Source of the DNA: Candidatus Bathyarchaeia archaeon
GTDB lineage: Archaea; Thermoproteota; Bathyarchaeia; Bathyarchaeales; DTEX01
Direction: 5' to 3'
Length of the DNA stretch: 64,000 nucleotides
Assembly: GCA_038859955.1 (NCBI GenBank)
Contig: JAWCEH010000003.1
Coordinates: 36,667 to 100,666 of the forward strand
Positions 29,232 through 39,369 of the stretch are shown one piece after another (within the stretch, counting starts at the first letter, position 1; each line of letters starts with the position of its first letter). A program made the position numbers and the translations under genes. Below the pieces are notes generated by a model. The model was given only the letters and a program-made list of their open reading frames with translations, was not told the origin of the DNA and did not search any database.

Positions 29232-30038
29232 ATGGAGATAAAAGTTACCTTCTCAGAGGCTGTAAGTGCAATTAGAAGGGCTGAAAGTATTGAGCCAAAG
29301 ACGTCAATAGAGATCTCGGCGCTGAGATGGGAGATCTACGCGTCCCTACAAAACATTTTAGATGCGGTTTCGATGATTATAGCCGATCTAAACTTGAGGA
29401 AGCCCGGTTCATACGGTGATCTTGGTAAGATACTCCGCGAGGCTAACTTAATAGGTGAGGAAGCTGAAAACGTTATTAAAATGATCGCCGCGGCTAGAAA
29501 TATACTAGCCCACGCTTACCGAAGAATAAGCGCAGAAGACCTCCAAAGGATGAAGAGTGAGATTCTTCCGAGAGCCGAGGTAGTCATCAAAGATCTTCTT
29601 AGAATAGTTGAGCAGAGGAGTCTAGATCCTGAATCTGCGACAGGTTTTCTAGAGACGTTAATTCAGCCGCTTAAAAAGCATGGGGTTTTATTGGCTTACC
29701 TCTTTGGTTCTAGGGCTAGAGGTACTGCCAGAGTGGACAGCGACTATGATATAGCGGTTCTATTCTCTAGTGAGGAGTCCTCATTAATTGGAGAAATAAA
29801 CTTAGCAGTAGAATTGGCTAGCGCTCTTAACGAACCTGTAGACAAAGTTAACGTTGTCTCATTGAATAAGGCTGATTTAACGGTTAAGGCAAGGGTGCTA
29901 AAGGAGGGGTCGCTAATCTACTGTAGCGATGAGGAGTTTAAACGAAGATGGGAGCGGAAAACTTTAAGAGAGGTGCTGGACAACTCAGACTTATACGCAA
30001 TATACACAAAGAGAATACTGGGGTCCAATCGTAAATAA
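29232..30038 (+). CDS. HEPN (DUF86/HepT) RNase fused to MNT nucleotidyltransferase
   Basis: N-half RNILAHAY (RX4H-x-Y); C-half YLFGSRARG...DSDYDIAV. Confidence 0.85.
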   Translation: MEIKVTFSEAVSAIRRAESIEPKTSIEISALRWEIYASLQNILDAVSMIIADLNLRKPGSYGDLGKILREANLIGEEAENVIKMIAAARNILAHAYRRISAEDLQRMKSEILPRAEVVIKDLLRIVEQRSLDPESATGFLETLIQPLKKHGVLLAYLFGSRARGTARVDSDYDIAVLFSSEESSLIGEINLAVELASALNEPVDKVNVVSLNKADLTVKARVLKEGSLIYCSDEEFKRRWERKTLREVLDNSDLYAIYTKRILGSNRK

Positions 30039-30045
30039 TTGCGCC

Positions 30046-30819
30046 TCAACAAAGCAAACCTAAAACGCCTAAAATGGACTCAAAATTCCTCCTAGAGCGC
30101 TCAACTTTATATGCCCTTAAAGCCTGAATGAGTCCCTCCACATCTATGCGCCCAAACTTTTGGGCAATGGTCTCCGCAACTCTACTTTTAACAAAAAGAT
30201 ATTGGCTTACGGAGGTTACATTGGCCACCTTCCTTTTATCGCTCGCGGTCTCAAAGTCCAATATATGCGCGCTCTCTTCAACATCAACGATTATATGCTT
30301 ATCAGCCCAGCTAAGCTCGCCATGATCTAAACCAGCAGAGTCAAGTCTCCAGCACTGTTCAAGAATATCCTTCAGTACATTGCTGAGTCTTGAGAATACC
30401 CTTTCTTTTTCGCCACTTAACTTTTCAATCCAATCTGGAAAGAGCATTCCCTCAATATATTTCATCATTAAGAGTTTATTCGAATATCCTAGAAGTTGTG
30501 GTCCGACGTTGATGCTGTTGGCAATCTGGAGCATTTTAGCCTCATGAGTTATTCTACTAGGATCCGAGTCGGTTCTATAAATCTTTAAAGCCACTTTATA
30601 TCCGTCTTCAAGAAGCGCGAGAACAACGATACCTGAATATCCCTTGCCTAAAACTGGGACATCTGCGATAGCTTTATTTCCATAGAAGCATACAGCCTTC
30701 ACGCCTAATTTTCTCATCTCATTGACTCGAGTTTCAAGTTCCTTCTGTTCATATCTAGGATAGCATATAATCTGTCCATATTTAGTATTCATAAGATTCT
30801 CCAGCGGAATGATGCGCAT
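30046..30819 (-). CDS. RIO-like Ser/Thr protein kinase (COG2112-like)
   Basis: LGKGYSG.V, VALK, DHGEL, ILDFE. Confidence 0.82.
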   Translation of the reverse strand: MRIIPLENLMNTKYGQIICYPRYEQKELETRVNEMRKLGVKAVCFYGNKAIADVPVLGKGYSGIVVLALLEDGYKVALKIYRTDSDPSRITHEAKMLQIANSINVGPQLLGYSNKLLMMKYIEGMLFPDWIEKLSGEKERVFSRLSNVLKDILEQCWRLDSAGLDHGELSWADKHIIVDVEESAHILDFETASDKRKVANVTSVSQYLFVKSRVAETIAQKFGRIDVEGLIQALRAYKVERSRRNFESILGVLGLLC

Positions 30820-30861
30820 AAGAGAAAATCCTCTACCAACGATTTCATGGAGTGAAGTTGT

Positions 30862-32301
30862 CTAGAAAAGCCAATGCGGCCTACCCTTAAGATATCTTGT
30901 CAAGAAGAATGCGAACTCATGGTTTAAGGAATAAAGGTTCACGACTTCTTCATTCACTAGGATCTCTAGCGAATCTATAAAGGCTTTAGAGACTAGGCTT
31001 GCAACACCAAGCTTTCTCCCACCGTCTTTAAGATTTTCTCTCAAGAGTTCAACGGCGTCAGTGTAGCGCCTGCTCCTCTCAACAACAAGTCTATCGCCTT
31101 CAATCCTAGGACCGGATAGTACAAGATTGGAGCACAAATGTTTTTCTAAGAATCTTTCACAGTCTTCTACCTTCTCGACTGGTGGCCCAATATGCTTCTT
31201 GGCGCTTGGAAGAAAACGCGAAGATAACTCGAGGAGAAATATGTTTACGCTCCTTTCATCGCTCCAAACCTCGCTACGAGTGACCTCAAAATCAAATTGA
31301 TTAAGCAATTTGATAAGCGCCTTCTGCGACCTGAAGAGTTGCCCCCAAAGTATATCTGGAACGGCTCTTATTGGCCCGGTCTTAACGAATATGAATGCCG
31401 AACCCCTAGAGTTCATGGCGCGCAAAAGTTCATCAACCGAATAAGTCTCAGCCACTTCCGGGTAAAAGAACTTTATATCCGGATTCTTAAGGAATATTCT
31501 GGAAGCAATTATGAATTCGCTTAGCCTATCAACCCTGACAGCTGAAGCTACATTCCGACCCTTATCAACCGGGTCAATAACTATTAGAGGCTCGTTCCGG
31601 AATATCCTCTCAGCCTCCTCTGGGTTCCCATAATGCCCCTCGATATCTATGACCTCCCCCCTACGCCATCTTGAAGCAGCCTCCAAAACCTTCTCGAAAG
31701 AGCCATAGTAAAGCGTAAGGAGTTCGCATAAATAACCGCTGAAACCACCAACCTTAATCTCAGCACCATAAACGCCTATGCCGTGCATAAAAGCCTTTAG
31801 TAAGCGTATTTCATCTCTTACTTTCTCACTTATTTTACTCTTAACATAAAGTGTATGGAAGGGTGTCCTATCAACCGAAGACTTAGCCTCACTAGCATCC
31901 TTAACCTTAAAGCATGGAACAAAATTCACGGTGAAACCATCAATATAAGCCTCCAAGTAGGGATGCTCAGCGTAAGCCTCTAAGCAGTTCTCACCCGCAA
32001 CCCTCTTAGCCGCCTCCAAAACTCTTAGAAAAGCCTCTCTACCGCAATCTAAAGGGAGCAGCACAAATATATCTATGTCTTTCTCGCCAGCAAGCCAAGT
32101 ATCCTTAGCTATTGAGCCTTCAATCTGAACATCAGCATCCAATCCATTCCTTAATAACTCGCACTTTAAAGTTTCAACTAAACGTTTGGAAAACTCAAGA
32201 GTCTTTTGGCGTTCTACCTCATTTGGAGTAACCCGGCGAAGCGCTTCTTCACAGACATATTTAATCCTTGCCTTCATTTTAGTTCTCATAACTTCAGCCA
32301 A
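30862..32301 (-). CDS. cca: Class I CCA-adding enzyme
   Basis: GSIAKDTWL...DIDIF, YAEHPY, DRTPFH, GFSGYLCEL, DPVD. Confidence 0.96.
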   Translation of the reverse strand: MAEVMRTKMKARIKYVCEEALRRVTPNEVERQKTLEFSKRLVETLKCELLRNGLDADVQIEGSIAKDTWLAGEKDIDIFVLLPLDCGREAFLRVLEAAKRVAGENCLEAYAEHPYLEAYIDGFTVNFVPCFKVKDASEAKSSVDRTPFHTLYVKSKISEKVRDEIRLLKAFMHGIGVYGAEIKVGGFSGYLCELLTLYYGSFEKVLEAASRWRRGEVIDIEGHYGNPEEAERIFRNEPLIVIDPVDKGRNVASAVRVDRLSEFIIASRIFLKNPDIKFFYPEVAETYSVDELLRAMNSRGSAFIFVKTGPIRAVPDILWGQLFRSQKALIKLLNQFDFEVTRSEVWSDERSVNIFLLELSSRFLPSAKKHIGPPVEKVEDCERFLEKHLCSNLVLSGPRIEGDRLVVERSRRYTDAVELLRENLKDGGRKLGVASLVSKAFIDSLEILVNEEVVNLYSLNHEFAFFLTRYLKGRPHWLF

Positions 32302-32361
32302 AACTTCACAACTCCTACGCTCTCGATAAATAGTTCAGTTAGTATGGTTCTCAAGAAACTC

Positions 32362-32922
32362 TCAGCGGCAAACCTCCCTTAAATTCGAGTATATTGGTCC
32401 TTGCGGTGTCAGAACACTCTTCTTCAACCTTAAGCATCTTGCTTTAACGATGCCGAAATCGTAATTCTCAAAATCCCTAATCATCTTGGCTAATTCATCT
32501 CTTTTCCTGCCAGTTCTAACGCGGGCAATAGTTAAATGTGGGCTAAATCCCTTATCATCCGGTTTTAGGCCGAGCGCTTGGAGATTAGGTTCAAGTTGAT
32601 AATATATATTTCTTAATTCATTCGCTCCTTTTCTTATACCAGCCCAAACAACGTTTATGTGCCTCATGTTTGGGAATACACCTAAACCCTTAATCTCAAT
32701 ATCGAATGGTGAGAAATTAACTTTATTCATCTCGCCATAAACTCCATCAATCATAAAGGATGGAATCTCCCCTAGAAATCTAACTGTTATGTGAATGTTT
32801 TCCGGCTTAACTAGCTTAAGATCCGCTCCAGTTTCAAGAAGGACCGACTGAATTCTTTCTAAATTCTTAATAACATTACTATCATCGATATCAAAGGCAA
32901 TAAAGCTGCGAACCAACTCCAA
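32362..32922 (-). CDS. thpR: RNA 2',3'-cyclic phosphodiesterase (2H family)
   Basis: Two HxT motifs (HITV, HLTI), RSFIA N-terminus, SVLTPQGPIY. Confidence 0.92.
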   Translation of the reverse strand: MELVRSFIAFDIDDSNVIKNLERIQSVLLETGADLKLVKPENIHITVRFLGEIPSFMIDGVYGEMNKVNFSPFDIEIKGLGVFPNMRHINVVWAGIRKGANELRNIYYQLEPNLQALGLKPDDKGFSPHLTIARVRTGRKRDELAKMIRDFENYDFGIVKARCLRLKKSVLTPQGPIYSNLREVCR

Positions 32923-33072
32923 ACCTAATTAACCTCCAAACTAAATCTGTTAAATAGCGGCTGAGAGATAAATCTGTTTTCTCTTTTTCATAAGATGTTT
33001 TAGATAATCTTTGTATCCTCTTAAGTTTTAAATAACCTTCGCGAAATATGGGAAATAAAGTGGTGTTTAAGG

Positions 33073-33642
33073 GTGTCCTCTGCGCAGAGACCACTTATTG
33101 TTATAGGTATAACTGGAATGCCTGGTGCCGGAAAGGATACCGTTAAAGAGATTGTGCGTGAGTATGGTTTCCCGGTTGTGGTTATGGGTGACGAAATTAG
33201 GGATGAGGCCGCCCGGAGAAAGATCGAACCTACGCCTGAAAATTTGGGTAAAATCATGTTGCAGATTAGGGCTGAAGAGGGCCCTGAGGTTTTAGCTAAG
33301 AGGTGTATACCGAAAATTAGGGCTTTGGGCGCGCAAGTTGTTGTGGTTGATGGATTGCGTAGTCCACATGAGGTTAGAGAGTTTAAGAAGGAGTTCTCGA
33401 GGTTTAAGGTTATAGCCATACATGCTTCACCCAAAACAAGGTTTAAGCGTTTACTTAGAAGGGGTAGAAGTGATGATCCAAAAGACTGGGAGACATTTTA
33501 TATGCGTGACCAGAGAGAGTTAAGCGTTGGTATAGGTGAAGTAATAGCTACAGCTGACTACATGATTGTTAATGAAGGTCCAATGGAGCGCTTAAAGCTG
33601 GAGATTAAGCGAACTATAAAAAGAGTGATAGAAGATGAGTAA
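33073..33642 (+). CDS. UPF0200 P-loop nucleotide kinase-like protein
   Basis: GMPGAGK Walker A, DGLRS..E, RGRSDD, RDQREL. Confidence 0.85.
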   Translation: MSSAQRPLIVIGITGMPGAGKDTVKEIVREYGFPVVVMGDEIRDEAARRKIEPTPENLGKIMLQIRAEEGPEVLAKRCIPKIRALGAQVVVVDGLRSPHEVREFKKEFSRFKVIAIHASPKTRFKRLLRRGRSDDPKDWETFYMRDQRELSVGIGEVIATADYMIVNEGPMERLKLEIKRTIKRVIEDE

Positions 33643-34051
33643 GATGGGTGTCAATGTAGAGGTTAGGGTCGAAGTGGAGGTTAATCCAACTGAAGATGTG
33701 GATAAAGTTAGAGTTGCAGTTCAAAAGGTTCTCGGAGATATAAGCCTAGAGCTCGTTGAGGAGGGCGAATATAAGAAACTCGTGGGAAGAGCTGAGGGAT
33801 TAGGGGCTCTAGCAAAATTTCACGATCTTCTCAGGAGAGAGCGCATACTGGACGCCGCGAGAACGGTTCTTATAAGGGGGGTTCAAGAGAAAAAGATAAC
33901 CTTCTATCTTAACAAACAGGTTGCATATGTTGGGCATATATCATTCTCACAACCATATGGTGAATCGCCGCTTGGACCTATACGGGTTGAGATACAATGC
34001 GATGACACACAAAGCCTGATAGATTGGCTAACGCCAAAGACAGCAAGATAA
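33635..34051 (+). CDS. UPF0201/DUF54 putative RNA-binding protein
   Basis: PTED.DKV, ILDAAR, LNKQVAYVG, PLGPI. Confidence 0.85.
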   Translation: MSKMGVNVEVRVEVEVNPTEDVDKVRVAVQKVLGDISLELVEEGEYKKLVGRAEGLGALAKFHDLLRRERILDAARTVLIRGVQEKKITFYLNKQVAYVGHISFSQPYGESPLGPIRVEIQCDDTQSLIDWLTPKTAR

Positions 34052-34085
34052 GCGAAATGCCAAATTATGGGGAGCGCTCGGAAAT

Positions 34086-34871
34086 ATGCGACTGGGTTTA
34101 TCAATGCTCTTCTGTCTCGGAGAACCCTTTTCAGCGGTTATAAAACTACTAAATAAGATTGACGTTGAGCATGTGGAGATCATCGATGAGGGTCCTCACG
34201 CGCTTAACAGTCGAAGAGTTAATGTGCTTAGGAGGGTCATTAGGGCAAGAGATTTACGCTTATCCGTTCACGCGCCGTTTGCTGACATAAATATCGCATC
34301 CACATCGCCAACTATAAAAAGCGCTATAATACGTCGGCTCAAGAAATCAATGAAATTATCAGCGCAATTAAGCCCTGAATGCTGGGTTTTTCACCCAGGT
34401 ATACAAAGCGCTGTGAGCGATGCGATTCCCGGCCTTGACTGGAAAATTAATTTGAATTCCATTCGTGAACTTATTAGGGAGGCTGCGGAATACGATCTAA
34501 AAATAGCTATAGAAAATGTTCCAGATCCGTTTCCCTTTTTAATTAAGAGGTCAAAAGAGTTTGAGATGCTCTATAAGGATTTAGGCAAAGATGGCATAAA
34601 CTTGGGCATAACATTTGATGTTGGGCACGCGAATATAAATGGTCAGGTAAACGAGTTTTTGGAAAAATTCCGCGAGAAGATAGTTCATGCTCATCTCCAT
34701 GACAACAATGGAGATTTAGACGAACATCTTGGCCTAGGTCATGGAAACATAAACTGGCCTAGCGTGATAGAAACTCTAAAAAGAATAAACTATAGGGGTG
34801 CCCTCGTCATAGAATCAAAAAGCAGTGTTGCAGAGAGCATCCAAGTATTAAAGAATCTACTCAACAGATAG
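34086..34871 (+). CDS. Sugar phosphate isomerase/epimerase (TIM-barrel, AP endonuclease 2 fold)
   Basis: VHAP, FHPG, IEN, FDVGH, HLHDN..D.H, VIE. Confidence 0.85.
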   Translation: MRLGLSMLFCLGEPFSAVIKLLNKIDVEHVEIIDEGPHALNSRRVNVLRRVIRARDLRLSVHAPFADINIASTSPTIKSAIIRRLKKSMKLSAQLSPECWVFHPGIQSAVSDAIPGLDWKINLNSIRELIREAAEYDLKIAIENVPDPFPFLIKRSKEFEMLYKDLGKDGINLGITFDVGHANINGQVNEFLEKFREKIVHAHLHDNNGDLDEHLGLGHGNINWPSVIETLKRINYRGALVIESKSSVAESIQVLKNLLNR

Positions 34872-34920
34872 CATGCCATAGAAATAATCGACAGATAAAT
34901 GTTTGCTATAAAAGCTTATA

Positions 34921-35844
34921 TTATTCTTTAGGAAGTGGAATTTCGATTTTTTCTAAGTCACTTGGTATGTAAGTGTTCGGAAAGATTTTTCTAGCCTGCT
35001 CTAATAGGATTTTTGGTTCGCTATATCTTGCACTTACATGCACTAGAACCAGAAGCTTCACGTTCGCTTTTAAGGCTATTTGTGCCGCTTCGCTTGGTGT
35101 AGAATGGCCCTCTTCATTTGCTCTTTCAGCCAATTCATCATCTAATGTTGCTTCGTGAATTAAAACATCCGCATTTTTAGATAATTCAGCTATCCTGTTG
35201 GATGGTCTTGTGTCGCCAGTGTAAACGATTTTTCTCCCAGGTCTAGATGGTCCAAGAACATCCGCCGGCCTAATGACCCTTCCATCAGGAAGCTTAATGT
35301 TCATCCCTCTTTGAAGCGTTGACCACAACGGTCCCCTTGGAACACCTAACGCTACAGCCTTATCCGGATAAAACCTGCCAGGCCTAGGTTTTTCAACTAA
35401 TGCATACGCTAGTGACGGTATTGAATGCTCAGCCCAAACAGCCTGTATCTCGTAATCTCTATCCTGGTAAATTGTACCCTCCTGTTCTATTTCATGGATT
35501 TCTATTGGGAAACCTAGCCAAAATCTCACAGTTCTCATAATTGTATCCATGAAAACTTTCACTCCGCTTGGACCGAAAATTTTAAGCGGTTTATCCCTCC
35601 CGAGAAGAGACATCGTTTGGATCATTCCCGGTAAACCAAGTACGTGATCCCCATGCATATGCGTTATGAAAACCACCATTTTACGGTTAAGCCCGATTCC
35701 GGCTTTAATCATTTGTCTCTGCGTACCTTCACCGCAATCAAACATCAATACATCACCTTCACGTTGTATGACAATTGATGGAAGGGCTCTATCGTCTGTC
35801 GGTATACTCGCTGCTGTTCCTAGAAAGATAACTCTTAAACTCAA
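34921..35844 (-). CDS. rnz: Ribonuclease Z
   Basis: FDCGEGTQ, THMHGDH, GVPRGP exosite, GDT, HEAT, GHST, HVSARY. Confidence 0.96.
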   Translation of the reverse strand: MSLRVIFLGTAASIPTDDRALPSIVIQREGDVLMFDCGEGTQRQMIKAGIGLNRKMVVFITHMHGDHVLGLPGMIQTMSLLGRDKPLKIFGPSGVKVFMDTIMRTVRFWLGFPIEIHEIEQEGTIYQDRDYEIQAVWAEHSIPSLAYALVEKPRPGRFYPDKAVALGVPRGPLWSTLQRGMNIKLPDGRVIRPADVLGPSRPGRKIVYTGDTRPSNRIAELSKNADVLIHEATLDDELAERANEEGHSTPSEAAQIALKANVKLLVLVHVSARYSEPKILLEQARKIFPNTYIPSDLEKIEIPLPKE

Positions 35845-35846
35845 TA

Positions 35847-36905
35847 CTATTCATCCTCAGAACGTTTAAAGACGGCAATCTCGCGCGTAAGTCTTCTGTG
35901 TATGTAAATAAAGTGTGATTCAAGATGCTTAAATCCATATCTCCGGGCAATATCCCGGACTTTTATATCATTTGGCGCCGCAATACATATTATGCCTCCA
36001 ATTTTAGTTAGATTTGCGGCGCTTAAGAAAAATTGCTCTATGAGATCTTTCGCTACAAAACCGTGCGTTGAGGCTGCGGTTCCATAGGGTGGATCCGTAA
36101 CTATGCGATCAACCGTCCTCGGAGACAGTGGTATAAAACGGGCATCCGCAACAGCTAACCCCTCAGGTTCTATACCAAAAAACCTTAAATTTTTTAAGCT
36201 GCCTTCAACCATGCGTCTATCAACGTCAAAGCCTATAACCCGGCATCCTATTAAGCCAGCCTCAATCAATACGCTTCCGGTTCCACAAAAAGGATCTAAA
36301 AGTAGTTCACCCCTCCTCACTTGCGCTAAATTAACCATAAATCTTGCCATCTTAGCTGTAAGGGCAGCTGGATGAGAGAAGATTCTTCTTCTAGGGCCGC
36401 GTTCTATTAAATCTTTGCGTTTCACATCTACAAGTTTCAATCCAAAAAAGAACATTCCGTCGGTTAGCACACCTAAAAAGGTTTTATCTGGGTTCTTGAG
36501 GTTAACTCTTACGTTTCTGGTTTTTACGCTATTAAATATCTTTTCGCCAATTTTTCGCTCTAGCCTGAGACAACTAATATCTGGAGAAGTCCCCCTAATC
36601 CTTAAAACCCTAACAGCAAAGCTTTCTCCATAATCAATAAACCGTGTGAAATCTACTTTTTCAACATTAAGCAAGATTTCATCTAGTGTCGCGTTGCAAC
36701 TAAAAATCTCTAGGCAACAATATTTTGCTAGGGCTGACCTGAACCTTATGGCCTCAGCACATTTAGCTTCAGCCTCAACTCTCAAGAGTTGAGTCAACTC
36801 GCCTAAAACCAGATACTCGTATCCCTCAGCGCTTAATATCGATTTGATCTCAGAAAAAGGAAGCGTTGGATTTTCGCCGGAAATTAAAAAGAATAATTTA
36901 GCCAC
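35847..36905 (-). CDS. THUMP-domain tRNA m2G10 methyltransferase (Trm11/TrmG10)
   Basis: THUMP region, LDPFCGTG, TDPPYG. Confidence 0.85.
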   Translation of the reverse strand: MAKLFFLISGENPTLPFSEIKSILSAEGYEYLVLGELTQLLRVEAEAKCAEAIRFRSALAKYCCLEIFSCNATLDEILLNVEKVDFTRFIDYGESFAVRVLRIRGTSPDISCLRLERKIGEKIFNSVKTRNVRVNLKNPDKTFLGVLTDGMFFFGLKLVDVKRKDLIERGPRRRIFSHPAALTAKMARFMVNLAQVRRGELLLDPFCGTGSVLIEAGLIGCRVIGFDVDRRMVEGSLKNLRFFGIEPEGLAVADARFIPLSPRTVDRIVTDPPYGTAASTHGFVAKDLIEQFFLSAANLTKIGGIICIAAPNDIKVRDIARRYGFKHLESHFIYIHRRLTREIAVFKRSEDE

Positions 36906-36962
36906 ACTAATGTTCCTCTTACCAAGGTCGCGAGCTGTAAGTTAAGCCCATGATTTATTGCG

Positions 36963-38243
36963 CTACTTTCCCGCCTCTTTTCTCTTATACTCTTCAAGAA
37001 GCTCCTTCGCCCTGTCCATTCTGATTTTGCGCTCCTCAACCATGCGCTCAGCTATTAAATCTATTAGATCACCAGTTGCTCCGGCCATTATCGCTATATT
37101 TCTTGCATGTAGCGACATATGTCCCCTCTGTATACCCTCATGTGCAAGCGCCCTTAAAGCAGCAAGATTTTGAACCAAGCCTACTGCTGCCATAACCTCA
37201 CCTAATTCTCGAGCCGATTTAACGCCTAAAATCTTTAGGGCAATCTTGGCTATTGGGTGAACCCTCGTTGCCCCGCCAATTATGCCAACAGCCATGGGCA
37301 TTTCTATCGAACCAACTAAATCGCCCTCTTCATTCTTCTCCCAAACTGAGAGGGGCATATAGCGGCCAGTTCTTGCAGCATACGCATGCGCACCAGCCTC
37401 AATAGCTCTATGATCATTACACGTTGCGAGGGCGACTGCAATTATGCCGTTTAATATACCCTTATTATGAGTTGCAGCCCTATACGGGTCGGCTGCCGCA
37501 AATGCGTAAGCTTCAAGTATACCGTCAACAACTTCTTCGCCGCCAACGGCATCTTTATCAACAATAGTCCATGCTCTAGCAAGCCTCTCTGTTGCAAGAT
37601 TTGAGATTATTCTCAGAAAGACCCTGCCGCCGGTTATACGCTCTATTAACGGCGAAACAGCTTCACACATCGTGTTAACGGCATTTGCACCCATGGCGTC
37701 TCTACAGTCAACTAGAAGTTCAGTTATAACCATTGGACCCCTAATTGTCTCAATCACCTTAACCCTCAAGTCTTTGGCTCCACCACCAACCGAGACGAGC
37801 ATTGGATCCTGCTCATTAGCTTTCTTTAGTATCTCCTCCTTTGCTTCTAATATCGCCATCCTAGCTCTATATGGATCCTTAACCCTGACGGTCTGCACTT
37901 GCCCAATCATTATTGGCTCCGTGCTGCTCGTGAATATTCCACCCTTACTTCTCGCCATTTTGGCACCGTAGCTTGCCGCTGCAACAACCGATGTCTCCTC
38001 GATAACCATTGGGATCATGTAGTCTTTACGGTTAATTAGAAAGTTCACGGCTATGCCCATGGGCATTGGGAAAGTTCCTATAACATTCTCTATCATGCGA
38101 TCCGCTAAGTCTAGACTTAGCGCGCTTGAAGCCTTGAGCATATTGGTCTCTTCTTCAGTTAAATCTGCAAACTCTTTAACAATTTTAAGTCTCTCATCAA
38201 CGCTCATCTTATAGAATCCTGAAATTGCTGACGTCTTCTCCAA
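36963..38243 (-). CDS. mvaA: Class II HMG-CoA reductase
   Basis: ENVIG, DAMGAN, ATHNKG, GIQRGHMSLH. Confidence 0.93.
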   Translation of the reverse strand: MEKTSAISGFYKMSVDERLKIVKEFADLTEEETNMLKASSALSLDLADRMIENVIGTFPMPMGIAVNFLINRKDYMIPMVIEETSVVAAASYGAKMARSKGGIFTSSTEPIMIGQVQTVRVKDPYRARMAILEAKEEILKKANEQDPMLVSVGGGAKDLRVKVIETIRGPMVITELLVDCRDAMGANAVNTMCEAVSPLIERITGGRVFLRIISNLATERLARAWTIVDKDAVGGEEVVDGILEAYAFAAADPYRAATHNKGILNGIIAVALATCNDHRAIEAGAHAYAARTGRYMPLSVWEKNEEGDLVGSIEMPMAVGIIGGATRVHPIAKIALKILGVKSARELGEVMAAVGLVQNLAALRALAHEGIQRGHMSLHARNIAIMAGATGDLIDLIAERMVEERKIRMDRAKELLEEYKRKEAGK

Positions 38244-38306
38244 TCTTTATCACCCAAGCATATTCCACGCGATAAAATATGAATTTAACTAAAAGCAAAG
38301 TTAATT

Positions 38307-38564
38307 TTATTTTTGATATATCCATTGCGCTATATCAGTTTCTTCCACAATCCCCTTCTCTTTTAATCTTCTAAGTGCTTCTACTACCTCCCAGAGGTGG
38401 CAGTTAAGCCTTCTCCATATTGCGGATAACGGCATTGGTCCAGCCTCTCTTAGAAGTCTATAAATCTCGTCTTCAATCTCATTAAGAGGGCGTCGTTCAA
38501 CAAGGTAGTGATGCGGGCCCTTAATAACCCACTCCTTATCCTCTAGGCTAATTTGAGTAGACAT
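38307..38564 (-). CDS. Small winged-helix DNA-binding protein
   Basis: GPMPLSAIWRRL...VVEALRRLKEKGIVE. Confidence 0.65.
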   Translation of the reverse strand: MSTQISLEDKEWVIKGPHHYLVERRPLNEIEDEIYRLLREAGPMPLSAIWRRLNCHLWEVVEALRRLKEKGIVEETDIAQWIYQK

Positions 38565-38633
38565 GAGATCACTTCATATAAATAACTACTCAGTTTCTTA
38601 TTTCTTATAGCTTACTTATAGGATTGCTGTCTT

Positions 38634-38906
38634 TTATTGCTTTTCCTCACTTGTACTACCCTTATCCTCTTCTTCAGGTTTTGGTGGCAATGTTGGTGGA
38701 GTTGTAGCCATCGCCCATCCTATCCAGGCTATGACGAAGAGGAATAAATAAACAAATAATAGAACAGGAATGATTATAGCCCATTCACTAATATAGAATT
38801 TCCAGAGCTTAACGTCTGAAGGCGATAGAAATAGTGCCCAGAAGTATACTATCATCGCTGTAACACTTAGTATGATAAGCATAGTTCCCCACACTACATC
38901 ACGCAT
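38634..38906 (-). CDS. Two-TM small membrane protein (DPM2-like pattern)
   Basis: Two hydrophobic helices, WIGWAMATTPP motif, acidic tail; RBS GAGGGA. Confidence 0.6.
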   Translation of the reverse strand: MRDVVWGTMLIILSVTAMIVYFWALFLSPSDVKLWKFYISEWAIIIPVLLFVYLFLFVIAWIGWAMATTPPTLPPKPEEEDKGSTSEEKQ

Positions 38907-39048
38907 AAGACTTCCCTCTCTTTTAAGGAGACTGCATGTTTACTTAAATTTTTTAGGGATTAACTCCTTTAAACAGTTTAAAGATGCAAAAAGATATAAA
39001 CGCCGTTAGAATACCGAATTTTAAGGTTTAGTTTAGCGGGGTATCTTC

Positions 39049-39342
39049 ATGAAAATTAGAAAGCTGCAGGGAATAGCCGTTGATGTTGAGCGAACTGGCG
39101 AATTTATAACAGATGAAGAAGGCGAGAGATGGGAGAAGTGCATCTTTACTGTTGAGCTGACGGGGTTCTCAAAGCGTACGCCAGAAGAAGTTTTACCGGA
39201 GAATTTGAGGGGAAAGCGTGTAAAACTTATTCGCTATTGCTTATACGATTGGCACTACAAGATCGGCGTGAGAAAGACTCTTGAACCTGAAGAAACTGAA
39301 GCCGTCCTCGCCGGTAAGCCAACGAGCACAGTTTTCTGGTAG
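39049..39342 (+). CDS. Hypothetical protein (beta-rich)
   Basis: 97-aa ORF with normal codon usage, divergent from upstream genes. Confidence 0.6.
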   Translation: MKIRKLQGIAVDVERTGEFITDEEGERWEKCIFTVELTGFSKRTPEEVLPENLRGKRVKLIRYCLYDWHYKIGVRKTLEPEETEAVLAGKPTSTVFW

Positions 39343-39369
39343 AGATATCAAGGTGGCTGGGAATCAAGT

